From the NCBI GenBank assembly GCA_030704615.1, contig CM060733.1, forward strand, positions 27,342,001 to 27,406,000: DNA of 64,000 bases, given 5' to 3'. Position 1 is the first letter of the stretch; each line of letters opens with the position of its first letter. The notes beneath the pieces were generated by a model. The model was not told where the DNA came from. It was given only the letters and a program-made list of their open reading frames with translations, and made no database searches. The translations under genes and the position numbers were made by a program. Below, piece after piece: positions 50,001 through 64,000 of the stretch. The stretch is from Takakia lepidozioides (taxonomy: Eukaryota; Plantae; Bryophyta).

Positions 50001-50150
50001 ACTGTGAAAGCATGAGGAAAGATTGCTTACATTTGGAAATGAGGATGAGATGACCCGCTGCTCCAGCATGCCTTGCTTGTCTGTCAGAATGCAATGAGCC
50101 TTGGCAGTGCAGTAGGACCCAACTCCGCAATGCGGATTAGAGGATGCCAT
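47067..50150 (-). CDS. FTSHI3: FtsH-like inactive protease, chloroplastic (FtsHi3-like AAA ATPase)
   Basis: Exons 50150-48909, 48510-48326, 48233-48095, 47921-47621 and 47269-47067. Walker A GPPGTGKT, Walker [30 protein letters not shown] and YSSAPQS...SLWIPL N-terminal signatures. No HEXXH protease domain. Confidence 0.9.
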
Positions 50151-53100
50151 CTGCCGTGCCCTTCTCCGTAAATTTCCTTGTCCCTCCACTAATTCTCAGT
50201 GACCTAGAGGAACATGGAACCCACGATAGAAGATGGTGAAGAGCCACATCCACACACATCTAGGCAGCCAGTTCAAGATGCCCGCCAGTGCAAGCTACAT
50301 GAGCAGAGGCAGTTTGTCACGGACCGGGACAGGAAGGTGTTCCGTAAGAGATTACAAGCAGCAAAGGACAAACCCAGAATCGTTGCAGCACCTACAGTGA
50401 ACAGCTTCACCAGAGCTTCAGGTCCAATGATAAAAACATTCGATTGAATGCAGGCTTCACACCCACCTCACCCACCTCACCCAATCACCCAAATTGCCCT
50501 TCCGTGTGCTCGCAGCCAATTGAGCAGTCATCCCTTCTCTCCCAAAGGACCTCTTCACCCTGTCCTTCTCCTCAAGCACAACCTCACGTGTTCTAAGGTT
50601 CGGTGGTTCAATCCGAGCCGTGTTTTCCCCAATTGGTCCTGGGTTTGGTGTTTGGTCCGGGGTTCGAATTCCGGTTACTAGATTGCACAATGGTGTCTTA
50701 CTTCTTCCCTTCTTCATCCATTCTTTGCAGCCGCTTGTGTACCTCTCGGCCTTGAACAGTCTCTGTAGAGTAAGTACATGTCTTGGATCTGAATTGCACC
50801 CGACCTAATCAAACCATGATTCCCTAGACAGTGAGGTTTTACCTTTTACATGGAGAATCTCCCAGGGACACGTTTATTTTGCTGTCCTGTGGAATTGTAT
50901 GTGTCTTCCAAATCAGTTTTGGGATCACAAAAGTACCTCGGAGCCTACCTGCTTGAGGCACTTGGGGCGACAGTTGATGTCTTCTGATGGCTGTCCCATG
51001 GGCCTCTATACACGTTGTAAAGTTTCTTGCTTCTCAAAGTGCAACCTCAGCCAAATGTGTAGTATATGTGTGTTTCAGCAACGGGTCAAACGATCAATAT
51101 GATCTGTACTTTCCGATCCTTAACTCACCTAAATGGATATGTTGGCCTCTATGTTCTACAAACAATTTTAGGCTCAGTTTTTATATCTAGTGACACTGTA
51201 AAATGAGCCGTAGAAGGATTACTATATCTCCAGGCTATCTCCGTCCTCAGTTTGATATAGGGAACTTCAAGGATCACATCTCTGCTCTCTTCAGACAGAG
51301 TAGATACTATTGGTTGCTTTGTTGAGCAACATTTCGATGCCTGTAGAGGAGGAAACTACTTTAAAATACCTCCACAATTCACTACTTTATAGTGTAATGT
51401 GAGCACCTATAGGCACTCAGCCTGAAATCCAGATTGTTGTCGGCTGTGGCACAAAGGGAATTCCTTTTTGACGAACTCGGATAACTACGCGGCTGAAGCT
51501 CAGGAGGGTTAGGCCAGTGAAGGACTGGCCAGTAATTTATATCCATTCCATCTCTGCAAGTCAACCGTTGCAAATAAATCCAGACCTTGGTCAACAGTGG
51601 GACATTTGTTCGGAGACCTTGTCATTACCAAACCAGCAAATAATGTCTTACAGACTTAAGGGAGATGAACCTTAAATGGACAGTTTACCTAGTGCTCATG
51701 GTTGGAATAAGCATACATATGTGGGTTTGCTGTTTGCTCCGATACTTTGTGAGCGATGCTTAGGTAGTGGATCCTCAATGCACTTACGAGAATGGAAAAC
51801 ACTGCTGCAAGCAATGAGGAAAAGGCAATGCGATGTCAAGTATGATCGTTGCTCATTCCCCAACCTCCAAGGGGCTCTCAAACTCTTCCATCGAAGCAAC
51901 TCGACCCAAGTCAAAAGCTTCGACATGAAGAGCTGATTCTGCTTTGCACTTGAGCAGCGCTACCAATACGGGCTTAGGAAGGGGATAGAGCTCCCGCACT
52001 CCACCATTCCACACTCGCTAACGCCATCGCCACCTTCATTACGTCCAGAACTGGGAGTGTGCTACTTTTGTACGAATGGGTAATGCGCCCCACTTTGAAA
52101 CCTCCGTTGCCGGCCTCGTGCCGCCATCCCCCTATGTTTTGAGCAGGCAATACAATACAACGCAACGGCCTACTTGCCAGGTAGATCTCAACTACTGCCC
52201 ACGCAACCTTGCCTCCAGAGACTGCAGCAGTGGTTTAGGGCGCGCTGCAATCTGATGATCCGTGCGAGCTGCACAGCGGCTTGGTGCACAAATGGAGTTG
52301 GTAAAAAGCATTTCACAGATTTTGTTACTGAAAAGTGGAGAATTAGAGGTATTCCTCGATAGGATCGTCGCTGTGGCAAGCTGGAGACATGTCGCCATGT
52401 GATCTGAACGCGAGAGCGGCGGTTTCAGAGCAGCGATGCAGGAACGCGATGGACTGAAGGTGAATACTGTCGTCGCGTTTCCAGTCCAGGGAGCGGCGGC
52501 CATTGCTATGCAGGTAAAAGCGCTGGTTAGCTGGTTATACAGGAGACAAAGGTAGAAGAGACCATCGAGTATTTTGGGGTTCTCTATAAGGCGCACTCTG
52601 CCGGTTTTGCCAAATGTTGCTGGGCAGCATTGAATCGATCCGGATCCGGTTTCTGTAAACCTGGGGATGTGACGTACCTGGGATCTCCTGATTGCTACCA
52701 GATTTTTCTTTCATTGTGTGCATTTGGTCTCAGATTCATTCAATTTGCTACATTCATGACATCGTGAGGAAACTAGTCATGAATGTTGGCAAGAGGAAGT
52801 TTGTTTTTGCAAGGTTCAATTTGCTTGTGTGACTCAGTGGGAGAGAGGTGCACCCTGGCGACCAGCAGGGAGTGTAGCAAACGTTGTCATACCTGCGGTA
52901 TGGCTGTGCAGGATGAAGCATCACAGCTTCTGCACTTAACGATCCCAGAAGTGATTTTGTTGCCCAGGAGACGGATGTGACAACCTATTATTCTTGTAGA
53001 GGTGTGGTTCCTCATGACATATGCCTGCTATTTGATCATTTCGCCCTTGGTCTGCTTTGGCAGCACTTCTGACTGCATCAGTAATGTGCTTCATCTCCAA

Positions 53101-53384
53101 CCAATCCTGTGACTGCAACAAGCTAAATGAGCTGAACTGAGCTGCTGAGCCTATCCACATCGTTTCAGGTTGGGATACAAAGGATACTTTTATGTCAAAG
53201 AAAATTGGTTGGCTTTAAATGATCGTTGTCCCAGTGAATGGATAACAGTCTTTTCTAATGTCACTTAGAGACTCCTCAGAAATGTGCCAAGGGTTGGTAA
53301 AATCTTTCCTTTCATTCATTTGACTTTTGTTTGAAAACTGTTGCTATCACTCTCATATTGAGTGTTGAATATTTTTGCTCTCTG

Positions 53385-53827
53385 TCTGTCGCTTGAAATT
53401 TAAACTCAGGGTGGGGAGCCTACCTTTGAACAATAAACAGATGCAGGGAGGAAAAGGAGATTGTAGTTGCCCAATGTGCAGGCAGCCTAAAGACAATATC
53501 CATTGCCCGATACATTGTCCAGGGTATCCTCACCAGAGTCACCGTCGTCAGGAACATCAAGAACATTGTTCCTGCACCTGTGTTCACCAACTTTGAAAAC
53601 CCTGGCCCTGCTGGGGTCTTATAGCTGGGCAACTCACTCACAGCAGATTGATGCTTGTGTAAATGGCTTTCTAGAGAATATCTGGGAAGCCCGAACTAAT
53701 TGTTTATACCAAGGTGTCCCACCACCATAGTGAGCCCCTCACAAGGTAGTTTCATTTCCCTCATGTTCCGCCAAACTGGGCGTGGGTTCTCTGGCCACAA
53801 TGCTATGGCAAACAATGTCTTATGAGT
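53385..53827 (+). mobile_element. LINE 3' fragment, same family as 7913-9260
   Basis: LKFKLRVGSLPLNNKQ..GKGDCSCPMC aligns with 8795-9257 and has the same 3' end TATGAGT. Confidence 0.85.
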
Positions 53828-55175
53828 CTCTCTCTCCCCTCTTCTCCTGTCTTCCTCTGTGGGAATCAACTTTGAATGGAAGTGCTATCGCTACGGTGGT
53901 CATTTGTTGGGGCCACATTCTCACAAACGACATTGTACAGCTTCTTTCTGTCCAGGGGCCACCATTCTTTTATTTTCTTCCTCTTTCCCTCTCTTTGCAC
54001 ACTTGAACAGAAGCTATCACTCTTAGTCTTCATTTCACAACTGTTAAAGAAGTTGAAGGACAAAGACTCATCCACAAGAAGTGGCAGTTGGCAGGGAGTT
54101 GCATGTTATATGGGAAGCTTGAACAGCTCTGTCAGCAAATTCAAGAGGGTCAGTGAATTCGTCAACAGGTAGCTCTTCAATCTTTTTCATCCATCTCCCT
54201 TCTTCCACTTCTAATGTCTGTTGAATACAATACTATGACTTGTGAGGAGCTTTGGCAGATGACTCCTTTCTGGTGATTGGTATGCTATGTGTTAAGGTGA
54301 GAGCAGTGGTAGCAACTGTCAATCTGCTGGGCCATATGTAAGCCCTGCATGATTCTCGATCTGTACTTTCTGCATTCGTTCAGTAAGTTCTAAAGTAGCA
54401 ATGCATGTGTGTGTGAGAAAGAAACAAAACTTAAAAGAAAGATTTATCAAGTCTACTGATGGGCCAGTGGGACAAAAACAAAGTTTGAAAGGACATTTGC
54501 AGTACCAAAATTGAAGAAGAGGAGGACAAGAAGAGATCAATTTCATCCACTGGAGGCCCAGAGCAGGGCCAGTGGAACAGGCTAGAAAATAACAGTAGAA
54601 CCACCAACCGAAGAACGCAAGAAATGGAGAAACTGAGAGGTCGAACCAAAATAATTGTCGTTGACAATTTCACAACCATCTATACACTTGCCCTCCACTT
54701 TTACTTCCTACCAAATCCCAACAGTGGTCTCCCACTGTGTGGGTCCCAGCAGCAAGAGAAGAGGACAGAAAATATTGCTATCTTGCTGTGGGCCCTACAT
54801 TACTCATCTACATAGTTTGTAAAATGGGTGATATCCTACTATCAGATTTACTTGAAGATGGACCTGATTCATACCTCCCTTCTCAATGTGCTCAGCAGCT
54901 GCTATATATATATCCCAGATTGGTGAAAGGAAGAGAACTGCTGGGCCATGCTAAATTCCTTCTCCCATACCTCCTTCCCGAACAAACAAAGTTATACAAC
55001 TGCAAACAAGAAACAGGACACAATCCTTCTTGAGCCGAGCCATATCATGGCACACTAAGCGTAACACGTGGCAGCCGGCTTAGGGACTAAGAAATTCTTG
55101 CAAAGTAAAGTGGGGGCAAACCCTAGTGGAGGGCAAGGGCCCCCGGGAAAATAGGGAGAGAAAAAAAATGCGAAA

Positions 55176-55295
55176 AGGGTGCAGCACCGGGACTTCCCGG
55201 GAGGTCACCCATCCCAGTACTATTCCGGCCCAAAGGCGCTTAACTTCAGAGTTCTGATGGGATCTGGTGTAGTAGCCTTGGTATGACCGCACCAC
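55176..55295 (-). rRNA. 5S: 5S rRNA (first copy of the array)
   Basis: GTGGTGCGGTCATACCAAGGCTACTACACCAGATCCCATCAGAACTCTGAAGTTAAGCG...GGGTGACCTCCCGGGAAGTCCCGGTGCTGCACCC followed by a T4 and then T8 Pol III terminator. Confidence 0.98.
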
Positions 55296-55319
55296 GACAT
55301 CCACGCTTCTGGCTTGCTA

Positions 55320-55325
55320 CTTATA
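55320..55325 (-). promoter_or_regulatory. TATA-like element upstream of 5S (in every unit)
   Basis: TATAAG at about -30 to -25 from the 5S start. Confidence 0.6.
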
Positions 55326-58300
55326 CACTGCCCACGCAAACAAACACACACTGCTCCCACTAGTATTTTCCATGCCCCTTTTGCTACTCTTCGTTGATGG
55401 TTGCTCTTCTAGAACACCGCCATACATTATTTTTGCATGCTTACATTGGTCGGGCTCTGCCCGGAAGGAGATTTCACAAGATTTTTTCTTCTTCTTAAAA
55501 ACAATTTGAATTCAACGAAAACGGACTTCAAGGTGCCGCCGGGGGTGGAGCACCCGCAAAATCACGCCTCAAATTATATGTTTCCGAACGAACGTGTTGT
55601 CTTTCCCCTGGTCACGCGAGACCGTGGCATGGCCAAACTAAAAAGTGGTGAAGGAAACAAAATTCGAAACGGAACTTAACGATAACTTGGGGGCCGGGAC
55701 ATCCATACAAGAAACAGGACACAATCCTTCTTGAGCCGAGCCATATCATGGCACACTAAGCGTAACACGTGGCAGCCGGCTTAGGGACTAAGAAGAAATT
55801 CTTGCAAAGTAAAGTGGAGGGGCAAACCCTAGTGGAGGGGCAAGGGCCCCCGGGAAAATAGGAGAGAAAAAAAATGCGAAAAGGGTGCAGCACCGGGACT
55901 TCCCGGGAGGTCACCCATCCCAGTACTATTCCGGCCCAAAGGCGCTTAACTTCAGAGTTCTGATGGGATCTGGTGTAGTAGCCTTGGTATGACCACCACG
56001 ACATCCACGCTTCTGGCTTGCTACTTATACACTGCCCACGCAAACAACACCACACTGCTCCCACTAGTATTTTCCATGCCCCTTTTGCTACTCTTCGTTG
56101 ATGGTTGCTCTTCTAGAACACCGCCATACATTATTTTTGCATGCTTACATTGGGTCGTGGGCTCTGCCCGGAAGGAGATTTCACAAGATTTTTCTTCTTC
56201 TTAAAAACAATTTGAATTCAACGAAAACGGACTTCAAAGGCCGGGGTGGAGCACCGCAAAATCACGCCTCAAATTATATGTTTCCGAACGAACGTGTTGT
56301 CTTTCCCCTGGTCACGCGAGACCGTGGCATGGCCAAACTAAAAAGTGGTGAAGGAAACAAAATTCGAAACGGAACTTAACGATAACTTGGGGGCCGGGAC
56401 ATCCATACAAGAAACAGGACACAATCCTTCTTGAGCCGAGCCATATCATGGCACACTAAGCGTAACACGTGGCAGCCGGCTTAGGGACTAAGAAGAAATT
56501 CTTGCAAAGTAAAGTGGAGGGGCAAACCCTAGTGGAGGGGCAAGGGCCCCGGGAAAATAGGGAGAGAAAAAAAATGCGAAAAGGGTGCAGCACCGGGACT
56601 TCCCGGGAGGTCACCCATCCCAGTACTATTCCGGCCCAAAGGCGCTTAACTTCAGAGTTCTGATGGGATCTGGTGTAGTAGCCTTGGTATGACCGCACCA
56701 CGACATCCACGCTTCTGGCTTGCTACTTATACACTGCCACGCAAACAACACCACACTGCTCCCACTAGTATTTTCCATGCCCCTTTTGCTACTCTTCGTT
56801 GATGGTTGCTCTTCTAGAACACCGCCATACATTATTTTTGCATGCTTACATTGGGTCGTGGGCTCTGCCCGGAAGGAGATTTCACAAGATTTTTTCTTCT
56901 TCTTAAAAACAATTTGAATTCAACGAAAACGGACTTCAAGGTGCCGCCGGGGGTGGAGCACCGCAAAATCACGCCTCAAATTATATGTTTCCGAACGAAC
57001 GTGTTGTCTTTCCCCTGGTCACGCGAGACCGTGGCATGGCCAAACTAAAAAGTGGTGAAGGAAACAAAATTCGAAACGGAACTTAACGATAACTTGGGGG
57101 CCGGGACATCCATACAAGAAACAGGACACAATCCTTCTTGAGCCGAGCCATATCATGGCACACTAAGCGTAACACGTGGCAGCCGGCTTAGGGACTAAGA
57201 AGAAATTCTTGCAAAGTAAAGTGGAGGGGCAAACCCTAGTGGAGGGGCAAGGGCCCCCGGGAAAATAGGGAGAGAAAAAAAATGCGAAAAGGGTGCAGCA
57301 CCGGGACTTCCCGAGGTCACCCATCCCAGTACTATTCCGGCCCAAAGGCGCTTAACTTCAGAGTTCTGATGGGATCTGGTGTAGTAGCCTTGGTATGACC
57401 GCACCACGACATCCACGCTTCTGGCTTGCTACTTATACACTGCCCACGCAAACAACACCACACTGCCCACTTTTCCATGCCCCTTTTGCTACTCTTCGTT
57501 GATGGTTGCTCTTCTAGAACACCGCCATACATTATTTTTGCATGCTTACATTGGGTCGTGGGCTCTGCCCGGAAGGAGATTTCACAAGATTTTTTCTTCT
57601 TCTTAAAAACAATTTGAATTCAACGAAAACGGACTTCAAGGTGCCGCCGGGGGTGGAGCACCGCAAAATCACGCCTCAAATTATATGTTTCCGAACGAAC
57701 GTGTTGTCTTTCCCCTGGTCACGCGAGACCGTGGCATGGCCAAACTAAAAAGTGGTGAAGGAAACAAAATTCGAAACGGAACTTAACGATAACTTGGGGG
57801 CCGGGACATCCATACAAGAAACAGGACACAATCCTTCTTGAGCCGAGCCATATCATGGCACACTAAGCGTAACACGTGGCAGCCGGCTTAGGGACTAAGA
57901 AGAAATTCTTGCAAAGTAAAGTGGAGGGGCAAACCCTAGTGGAGGGGCAAGGGCCCCCGGGAAATAGGGAGAGAAAAAAAATGCGAAAAGGGTGCAGCAC
58001 CGGGACTTCCCGGGAGGTCACCCATCCCAGTACTATTCCGGCCCAAAGGCGCTTAACTTCAGAGTTCTGATGGGATCTGGTGTAGTAGCCTTGGTATGAC
58101 CGCACCACGACATCCACGCTTCTGGCTTGCTACTTATACACTGCCCACGCAAACAACACCACACTGCTCCCACTAGTATTTTCCATGCCCCTTTTGCTAC
58201 TCTTCGTTGATGGTTGCTCTTCTAGAACACCGCCATACATTATTTTTGCATGCTTACATTGGGTCGTGGGCTCTGCCCGGAAGGAGATTTCACAAGATTT

Positions 58301-61300
58301 TTTCTTCTTCTTAAAAACAATTTGAATTCAACGAAAACGGACTTCAAGGTGCCGCCGGGGGTGGAGCACCGCAAAATCACGCCTCAAATTATATGTTTCC
58401 GAACGAACGTGTTGTCTTTCCCCTGGTCACGCGAGACCGTGGCATGGCCAAACTAAAAAGTGGTGAAGGAAACAAAATTCGAAACGGAACTTAACGATAA
58501 CTTGGGGGCCGGGATCCATACAAGAAACAGGACACAATCCTTCTTGAGCCGAGCCATATCATGGCACACTAAGCGTAACACGTGGCAGCCGGCTTAGGGA
58601 CTAAGAAGAAATTCTTGCAAAGTAAAGTGGAGGGGCAAACCCTAGTGGAGGGGCAAGGGCCCCCGGGAAAATAGGGAGAGAAAAAAATGCGAAAAGGGTG
58701 CAGCACCGGGACTTCCCGGGAGGTCACCCATCCCAGTACTATTCCGGCCCAAAGGCGCTTAACTTCAGAGTTCTGATGGATCTGGTGTAGTAGCCTTGTA
58801 TGACCGCACCACGACATCCACGCTTCTGGCTTGCTACTTATACACTGCCCACGCAAACAACACCACACTGCTCCCACTAGTATTTTCCATGCCCCTTTTG
58901 CTACTCTTCGTTGATGGTTGCTCTTCTAGAACACCGCCATACATTATTTTTGCATGCTTACATTGGGTCGTGGGCTCTGCCCGGAAGGAGATTTCACAAG
59001 ATTTTTTCTTCTTCTTAAAAACAATTTGAATTCAACGAAAACGGACTTCAAGGTGCCGCCGGGGGTGGAGCACCGCAAAATCACGCCTCAAATTATATGT
59101 TTCCGAACGAACGTGTTGTCTTTCCCCTGGTCACGCGAGACCGTGGCATGGCCAAACTAAAAAGTGGTGAAGGAAACAAAATTCGAAACGGAACTTAACG
59201 ATAACTTGGGGGCCGGGACATCCATACAAGAAACAGGACACAATCCTTCTTGAGCCGAGCCATATCATGGCACACTAAGCGTAACACGTGGCAGCCGGCT
59301 TAGGGACTAAGAAGAAATTCTTGCAAAGTAAAGTGGAGGGGCAAACCCTAGTGGAGGGGCAAGGGCCCCCGGGAAAATAGGGAGAGAAAAAAAATGCGAA
59401 AAGGGTGCAGCACCGGGACTTCCCGGGAGGTCACCCATCCCAGTACTATTCCGGCCCAAAGGCGCTTAACTTCAGAGTTCTGATGGGATCTGGTGTAGTA
59501 GCCTTGGTATGACCGCACCACGACATCCACGCTTCTGGCTTGCTACTTATACACTGCCCACGCAAACAACACCACACTGCTCCCACTAGTATTTTCCATG
59601 CCCCTTTTGCTACTCTTCGTTGATGGTTGCTCTTCTAGAACACCGCCATACATTATTTTTGCATGCTTACATTGGGTCGTGGGCTCTGCCCGGAAGGAGA
59701 TTTCACAAGATTTTTTCTTCTTCTTAAAAACAATTTGAATTCAACGAAAACGGACTTCAAGGTGCCGCCGGGGGTGGAGCACCGCAAAATCACGCCTCAA
59801 ATTATATGTTTCCGAACGAACGTGTTGTCTTTCCCCTGGTCACGCGAGACCGTGGCATGGCCAAACTAAAAAGTGGTGAAGGAAACAAAATTCGAAACGG
59901 AACTTAACGATAACTTGGGGGCCGGGACATCCATACAAGAAACAGGACACAATCCTTCTTGAGCCGAGCCATATCATGGCACACTAAGCGTAACACGTGG
60001 CAGCCGGCTTAGGGACTAAGAAGAAATTCTTGCAAAGTAAAGTGGAGGGGCAAACCCTAGTGGAGGGGCAAGGGCCCCCGGGAAAATAGGGAGAGAAAAA
60101 AAATGCGAAAAAGGGTGCAGCACCGGGACTTCCCGGGAGGTCACCCATCCCAGTACTATTCCGGCCCAAAGGCGCTTAACTTCAGAGTTCTGATGGGATC
60201 TGGTGTAGTAGCCTTGGTATGACCGCACCACGACATCCACGCTTCTGGCTTGCTACTTATACACTGCCCACGCAAACAACACCACACTGCTCCCACTAGT
60301 ATTTTCCATGCCCCTTTTGCTACTCTTCGTTGATGGTTGCTCTAGAACACCGCCATACATTATTTTTGCATGCTTACATTGGGTCGTGGGCTCTGCCCGG
60401 AAGGAGATTTCACAAGATTTTTTCTTCTTCTTAAAAACAATTTGAATTCAACGAAAACGGACTTCAAGGTGCCGCCGGGGTGAGCACCGCAAAATCACGC
60501 CTCAAATTATATGTTTCCGAACGAACGTGTTGTCTTTCCCCTGGTCACGCGAGACCGTGGCATGGCCAAACTAAAAAGTGGTGAAGGAAACAAAATTCGA
60601 AACGGAACTTAACGATAACTTGGGGGCCGGGACATCCATACAAGAAACAGACACAATCCTTCTTGAGCCGAGCCATATCATGGCACACTAAGCGTAACAC
60701 GTGGCAGCCGGCTTAGGGACTAAGAAGAAATTCTTGCAAAGTAAAGTGGAGGGGCAAACCTAGTGGAGGGGCAAGGGCCCCCGGGAAAATAGGGAGAGAA
60801 AAAAAATGCGAAAAGGGTGCAGCACCGGGACTTCCCGGGAGGTCACCCATCCCAGTACTATTCCGGCCCAAAGGCGCTTAACTTCAGAGTTCTGATGGGA
60901 TCTGTGTAGCCTTGGTATGACCGCACCACGACATCCACGCTTCTGGCTTGCTACTTATACACTGCCCACGCAAACAAACCACACTGCTCCCACTAGTATT
61001 TTCCATGCCCCTTTTGCTACTCTTCGTTGATGGTTGCTCTTCTAGAACACCGCCATACATTATTTTTGCATGCTTACATTGGGTCGTGGGCTCTGCCCGG
61101 AAGGAGATTTCACAAGATTTTTTCTTCTTCTTAAAAACAATTTGAATTCAACGAAAACGGACTTCAAGGTGCCGCCGGGGGTGGAGCACCGCAAAATCAC
61201 GCCTCAAATTATATGTTTCCGAACGAACGTGTTGTCTTTCCCCTGGTCACGCGAGACCGTGGCATGGCCAAACTAAAAAGTGGTGAAGGAAACAAAATTC

Positions 61301-63643
61301 GAAACGGAACTTAACGATAACTTGGGGGCCGGACATCCATACAAGAAACAGGACACAATCCTTCTTGAGCCGAGCCATATCATGGCACACTAAGCGTAAC
61401 ACGTGGCAGCCGGCTTAGGGACTAAGAAGAAATTCTTGCATAGTAAAGTGGAGGGGCAAACCCTAGGGATGGGCGAGGGGCCCCCGGGCAAAATAGGGAG
61501 AGGGAGAGAAAAAAAATGCGAAAAAGGGTGCAGCACGGGACTTCCGGGAGGTCACCCATCCCAGTACTATTCGGCCCAAAGGCGCTTAACTTCAGAGTTC
61601 TGATGGGATCTGGTGTAGTAGCCTTGGTATGACCGCACCACGACATCCACGCTTCTGGCTTGCTACTTATACACTGCCCACGCAAACAACACCACACTGC
61701 TCCCACTAGTATTTTCCATGCCCCTTTTGCTACTCTTCGTTGATGGTTGCTCTTCTAGAACCCGCCATACATTATTTTTGCATGCTTACATTGGGTCGTG
61801 GGCTCTGCCCGGAAGAGATTTCACAAGATTTTTTCTTCTTCTTAAAAACAATTTGAATTCAACGAAAACGGACTTCAAGGTGCCGCCGGGGGTGGAGCAC
61901 CGCAAAATCACGCCTCAAATTATATGTTTCCGAACGAACGTGTTGTCTTTTTCCCACTGGTCACGCGAGACCGTGGCATGGCCAAACTAAAAAGTGGTGA
62001 AGAAAACAAATTCGAAACGGAACTTAACGATAACTTGGGGGCCGGGACATCCATACAAGAAACAGGACAAATCCTTCTTGAGCCGAGCCATATCATGGCA
62101 CACTAAGCGTAACACGTGGCAGCCGGCTTAGGGACTAAGAAGAAATTCTTGCAAAGTAAAGTGGAGGGGCAAACCCTAGTGGAGGGGCAAGGGCCCCGGG
62201 AAAATAGGGAGAGAAAAAAATGCGAAAAGGGTGCAGCACCGGGACTTCCCGGGAGGTCACCCATCCCAGTACTATTCCGGCCCAAAGGCGCTTAACTTCA
62301 GAGTTCTGATGGGATCTGGTGTAGTAGCCTTGGTATGACCGCACCACGACATCCACGCTTCTGGCTTGCTACTTATACCACTGCCCACGCAAACAACACC
62401 ACACTGCTCCCACTAGTATTTCCATGCCCCCTTTTGCTACTCTTCGTTGATGGTGCTCTTCTAGAACACCGCCATACATTATTTTTGCATGCTTACATGG
62501 GTCGTGGGCTCTGCCCGGAAGGAGATTTCACAAGATTTTTTCTTCTTCTTAAAAACAATTTGAATTCAACGAAAAACGGACTTCAAGGTGCCGCCGGGGG
62601 TGGAGCACCGCAAAATCACGCCTCAAATTATATGTTTCCGAACGAACGTGTTGTCTTTCCCCTGGTCACGCGAGACCGTGGCATGGCCAAACTAAAAAGT
62701 GGTGAAGGAAACAAAATTCGAAACGGAACTTAACGATAACTTGGGGGCCGGGACATCCATACAAGAAACAGGACACAATCCTTCTTGAGCCGAGCCATAT
62801 CATGGCACACTAAGCGTAACACGTGGCAGCCGGCTTAGGGACTAAGAAGAAATTCTTGCAAAGTAAAGTGGAGGGGCAAACCCTAGTGGAGGGGCAAGGG
62901 CCCCGGGAAAATAGGGAGAGAAAAAAAATGCGAAAAGGGTGCAGCACCGGGACTTCCCGGGAGGTCACCCATCCCAGTACTATTCCGGCCCAAAGGCGCT
63001 TAACTTCAGAGTTCTGATGGGATCTGGTGTAGTAGCCTTGGTATGACCGCACCACGACATCCACGCTTCTGGCTTGCTACTTATACACTGCCCACGCAAA
63101 CAACACCCACTGCTCCCACTAGTATTTTCCATGCCCCTTTTGCTACTCTTCGTTGATGGTTGCTTCTTCTAGAACACCGCCATACATTATTTTTGCATGC
63201 TTACATTGGGTCGTGGGCTCTGCCCGGAAGGAGATTTCACAAGATTTTTTCTTCTTCTTAAAAACAATTTGAATTCAACGAAAACGGACTTCAAGGTGCC
63301 GCCGGGGGTGGAGCACCGCAAAATCACGCCTCAAATTATATGTTTCCGAACGAACGTTGTCTTTCCCCTGGTCACGCGAGACCGTGGCATGGCCAAACTA
63401 AAAAGTGGTGAAGGAAACAAAATTCGAAACGGAACTTAACGATAACTTGGGGGCCGGGACATCCATACAAGAAACAGGACACAATCCTTCTTGAGCCGAG
63501 CCATATCATGGCACACTAAGCGTAACACGTGGCAGCCGGCTTAGGGACTAAGAAGAAATTCTTGCAAAGTAAAGTGGAGGGGCAAACCCTAGTGGAGGGG
63601 CAAGGGCCCCCGGGAAAATAGGGAGAGAAAAAAAAATGCGAAA

Positions 63644-63763
63644 AGGGTGCAGCACCGGGACTTCCCGGGAGGTCACCCATCCCAGTACTATTCCGGCCCA
63701 AAGGCGCTTAACTTCAGAGTTCTGATGGGATCTGGTGTAGTAGCCTTGGTATGACCGCACCAC
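63644..63763 (-). rRNA. 5S: 5S rRNA (last complete copy in the window)
   Basis: Same sequence as the first copy. Confidence 0.95.
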
Positions 63764-64000
63764 GACATCCACGCTTCTGGCTTGCTACTTATACACTGCC
63801 CACGCAAACAACACCACACTGCTCCCACTAGTATTTTCCATGCCCCTTTTGCTACTCTTCGTTGATGGTTGCTCTTCTAGAACACCGCCATACATTATTT
63901 TTGCATGCTTACATTGGGTCGTGGGCTCTGCCCGGAAGGAGATTTCACAAGATTTTTTCTTCTTCTTAAAAACAATTTGAATTCAACGAAAACGGACTTC

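Larger units (their letters stand above)
55006..64000 (-). repeat. 5S rDNA tandem array, ~708-bp unit, 13 gene copies, runs off the window
   Basis: Near-identical units. 5S genes at ~55177, 55883, 56583, 57291, 57990, 58696, 59403, 60113, 60815, 61526, 62229, 62937 and 63645. Confidence 0.98.

Noticed and set aside
50590-50680. tRNA gene (GGTTCAATCC / GGTTCGAATTCC B-box-like motifs)
   Set aside because: No A box at the proper spacing and no cloverleaf evident.
51380-52600. Possible minus-strand gene with a transit-peptide-like start
   Set aside because: I could not build a stop-free spliced model or recognise a domain.
55080-63772. Recurrent ORFs (MDVVVRSYQGYY..., MLTLGRGLC...)
   Set aside because: These are translations of 5S rDNA and its spacer. 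No additional RNA gene was recognised in the spacer.

Overview
Eukaryotic nuclear DNA, most likely from a bryophyte or other early-diverging land plant (5S rRNA sequence, spliced plant genes). Positions 1-38.8 kb are a nest of transposable elements around a 5'-incomplete VPS2 (ESCRT-III) gene. They include an apparently intact hAT transposon (6878-13390, with TIRs and an 8-bp TSD) and related non-autonomous elements, LINE and Ty3 fragments, and a decayed DDE (DUF7869/Sola-like) DNA transposon carrying a ~118-bp subterminal tandem array. The standout is a 12.5-kb minus-strand Ty3/gypsy-type retroelement (20164-32638) inserted into that transposase gene with a 4-bp TSD. Its Pol carries a DNMT3-like C5 cytosine methyltransferase between protease and RT, and a PHD finger after integrase. 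It also has a captured FAX4/TMEM14 membrane domain upstream of gag and a self-priming (non-tRNA) PBS. Its LTRs are permuted into DIRS/Ngaro-like split direct repeats, with ends cut from a palindrome inside the LTR, although it encodes a DDE integrase and no tyrosine recombinase is visible. Positions 39.7-50.2 kb hold ordinary genes (RPL18a, a VQ-motif protein, FtsHi3). From 55006 to the window end is a homogeneous ~708-bp 5S rDNA tandem array with 13 gene copies. Frequent 1-2 bp indels suggest long-read errors, so many frameshifts may be artefacts.
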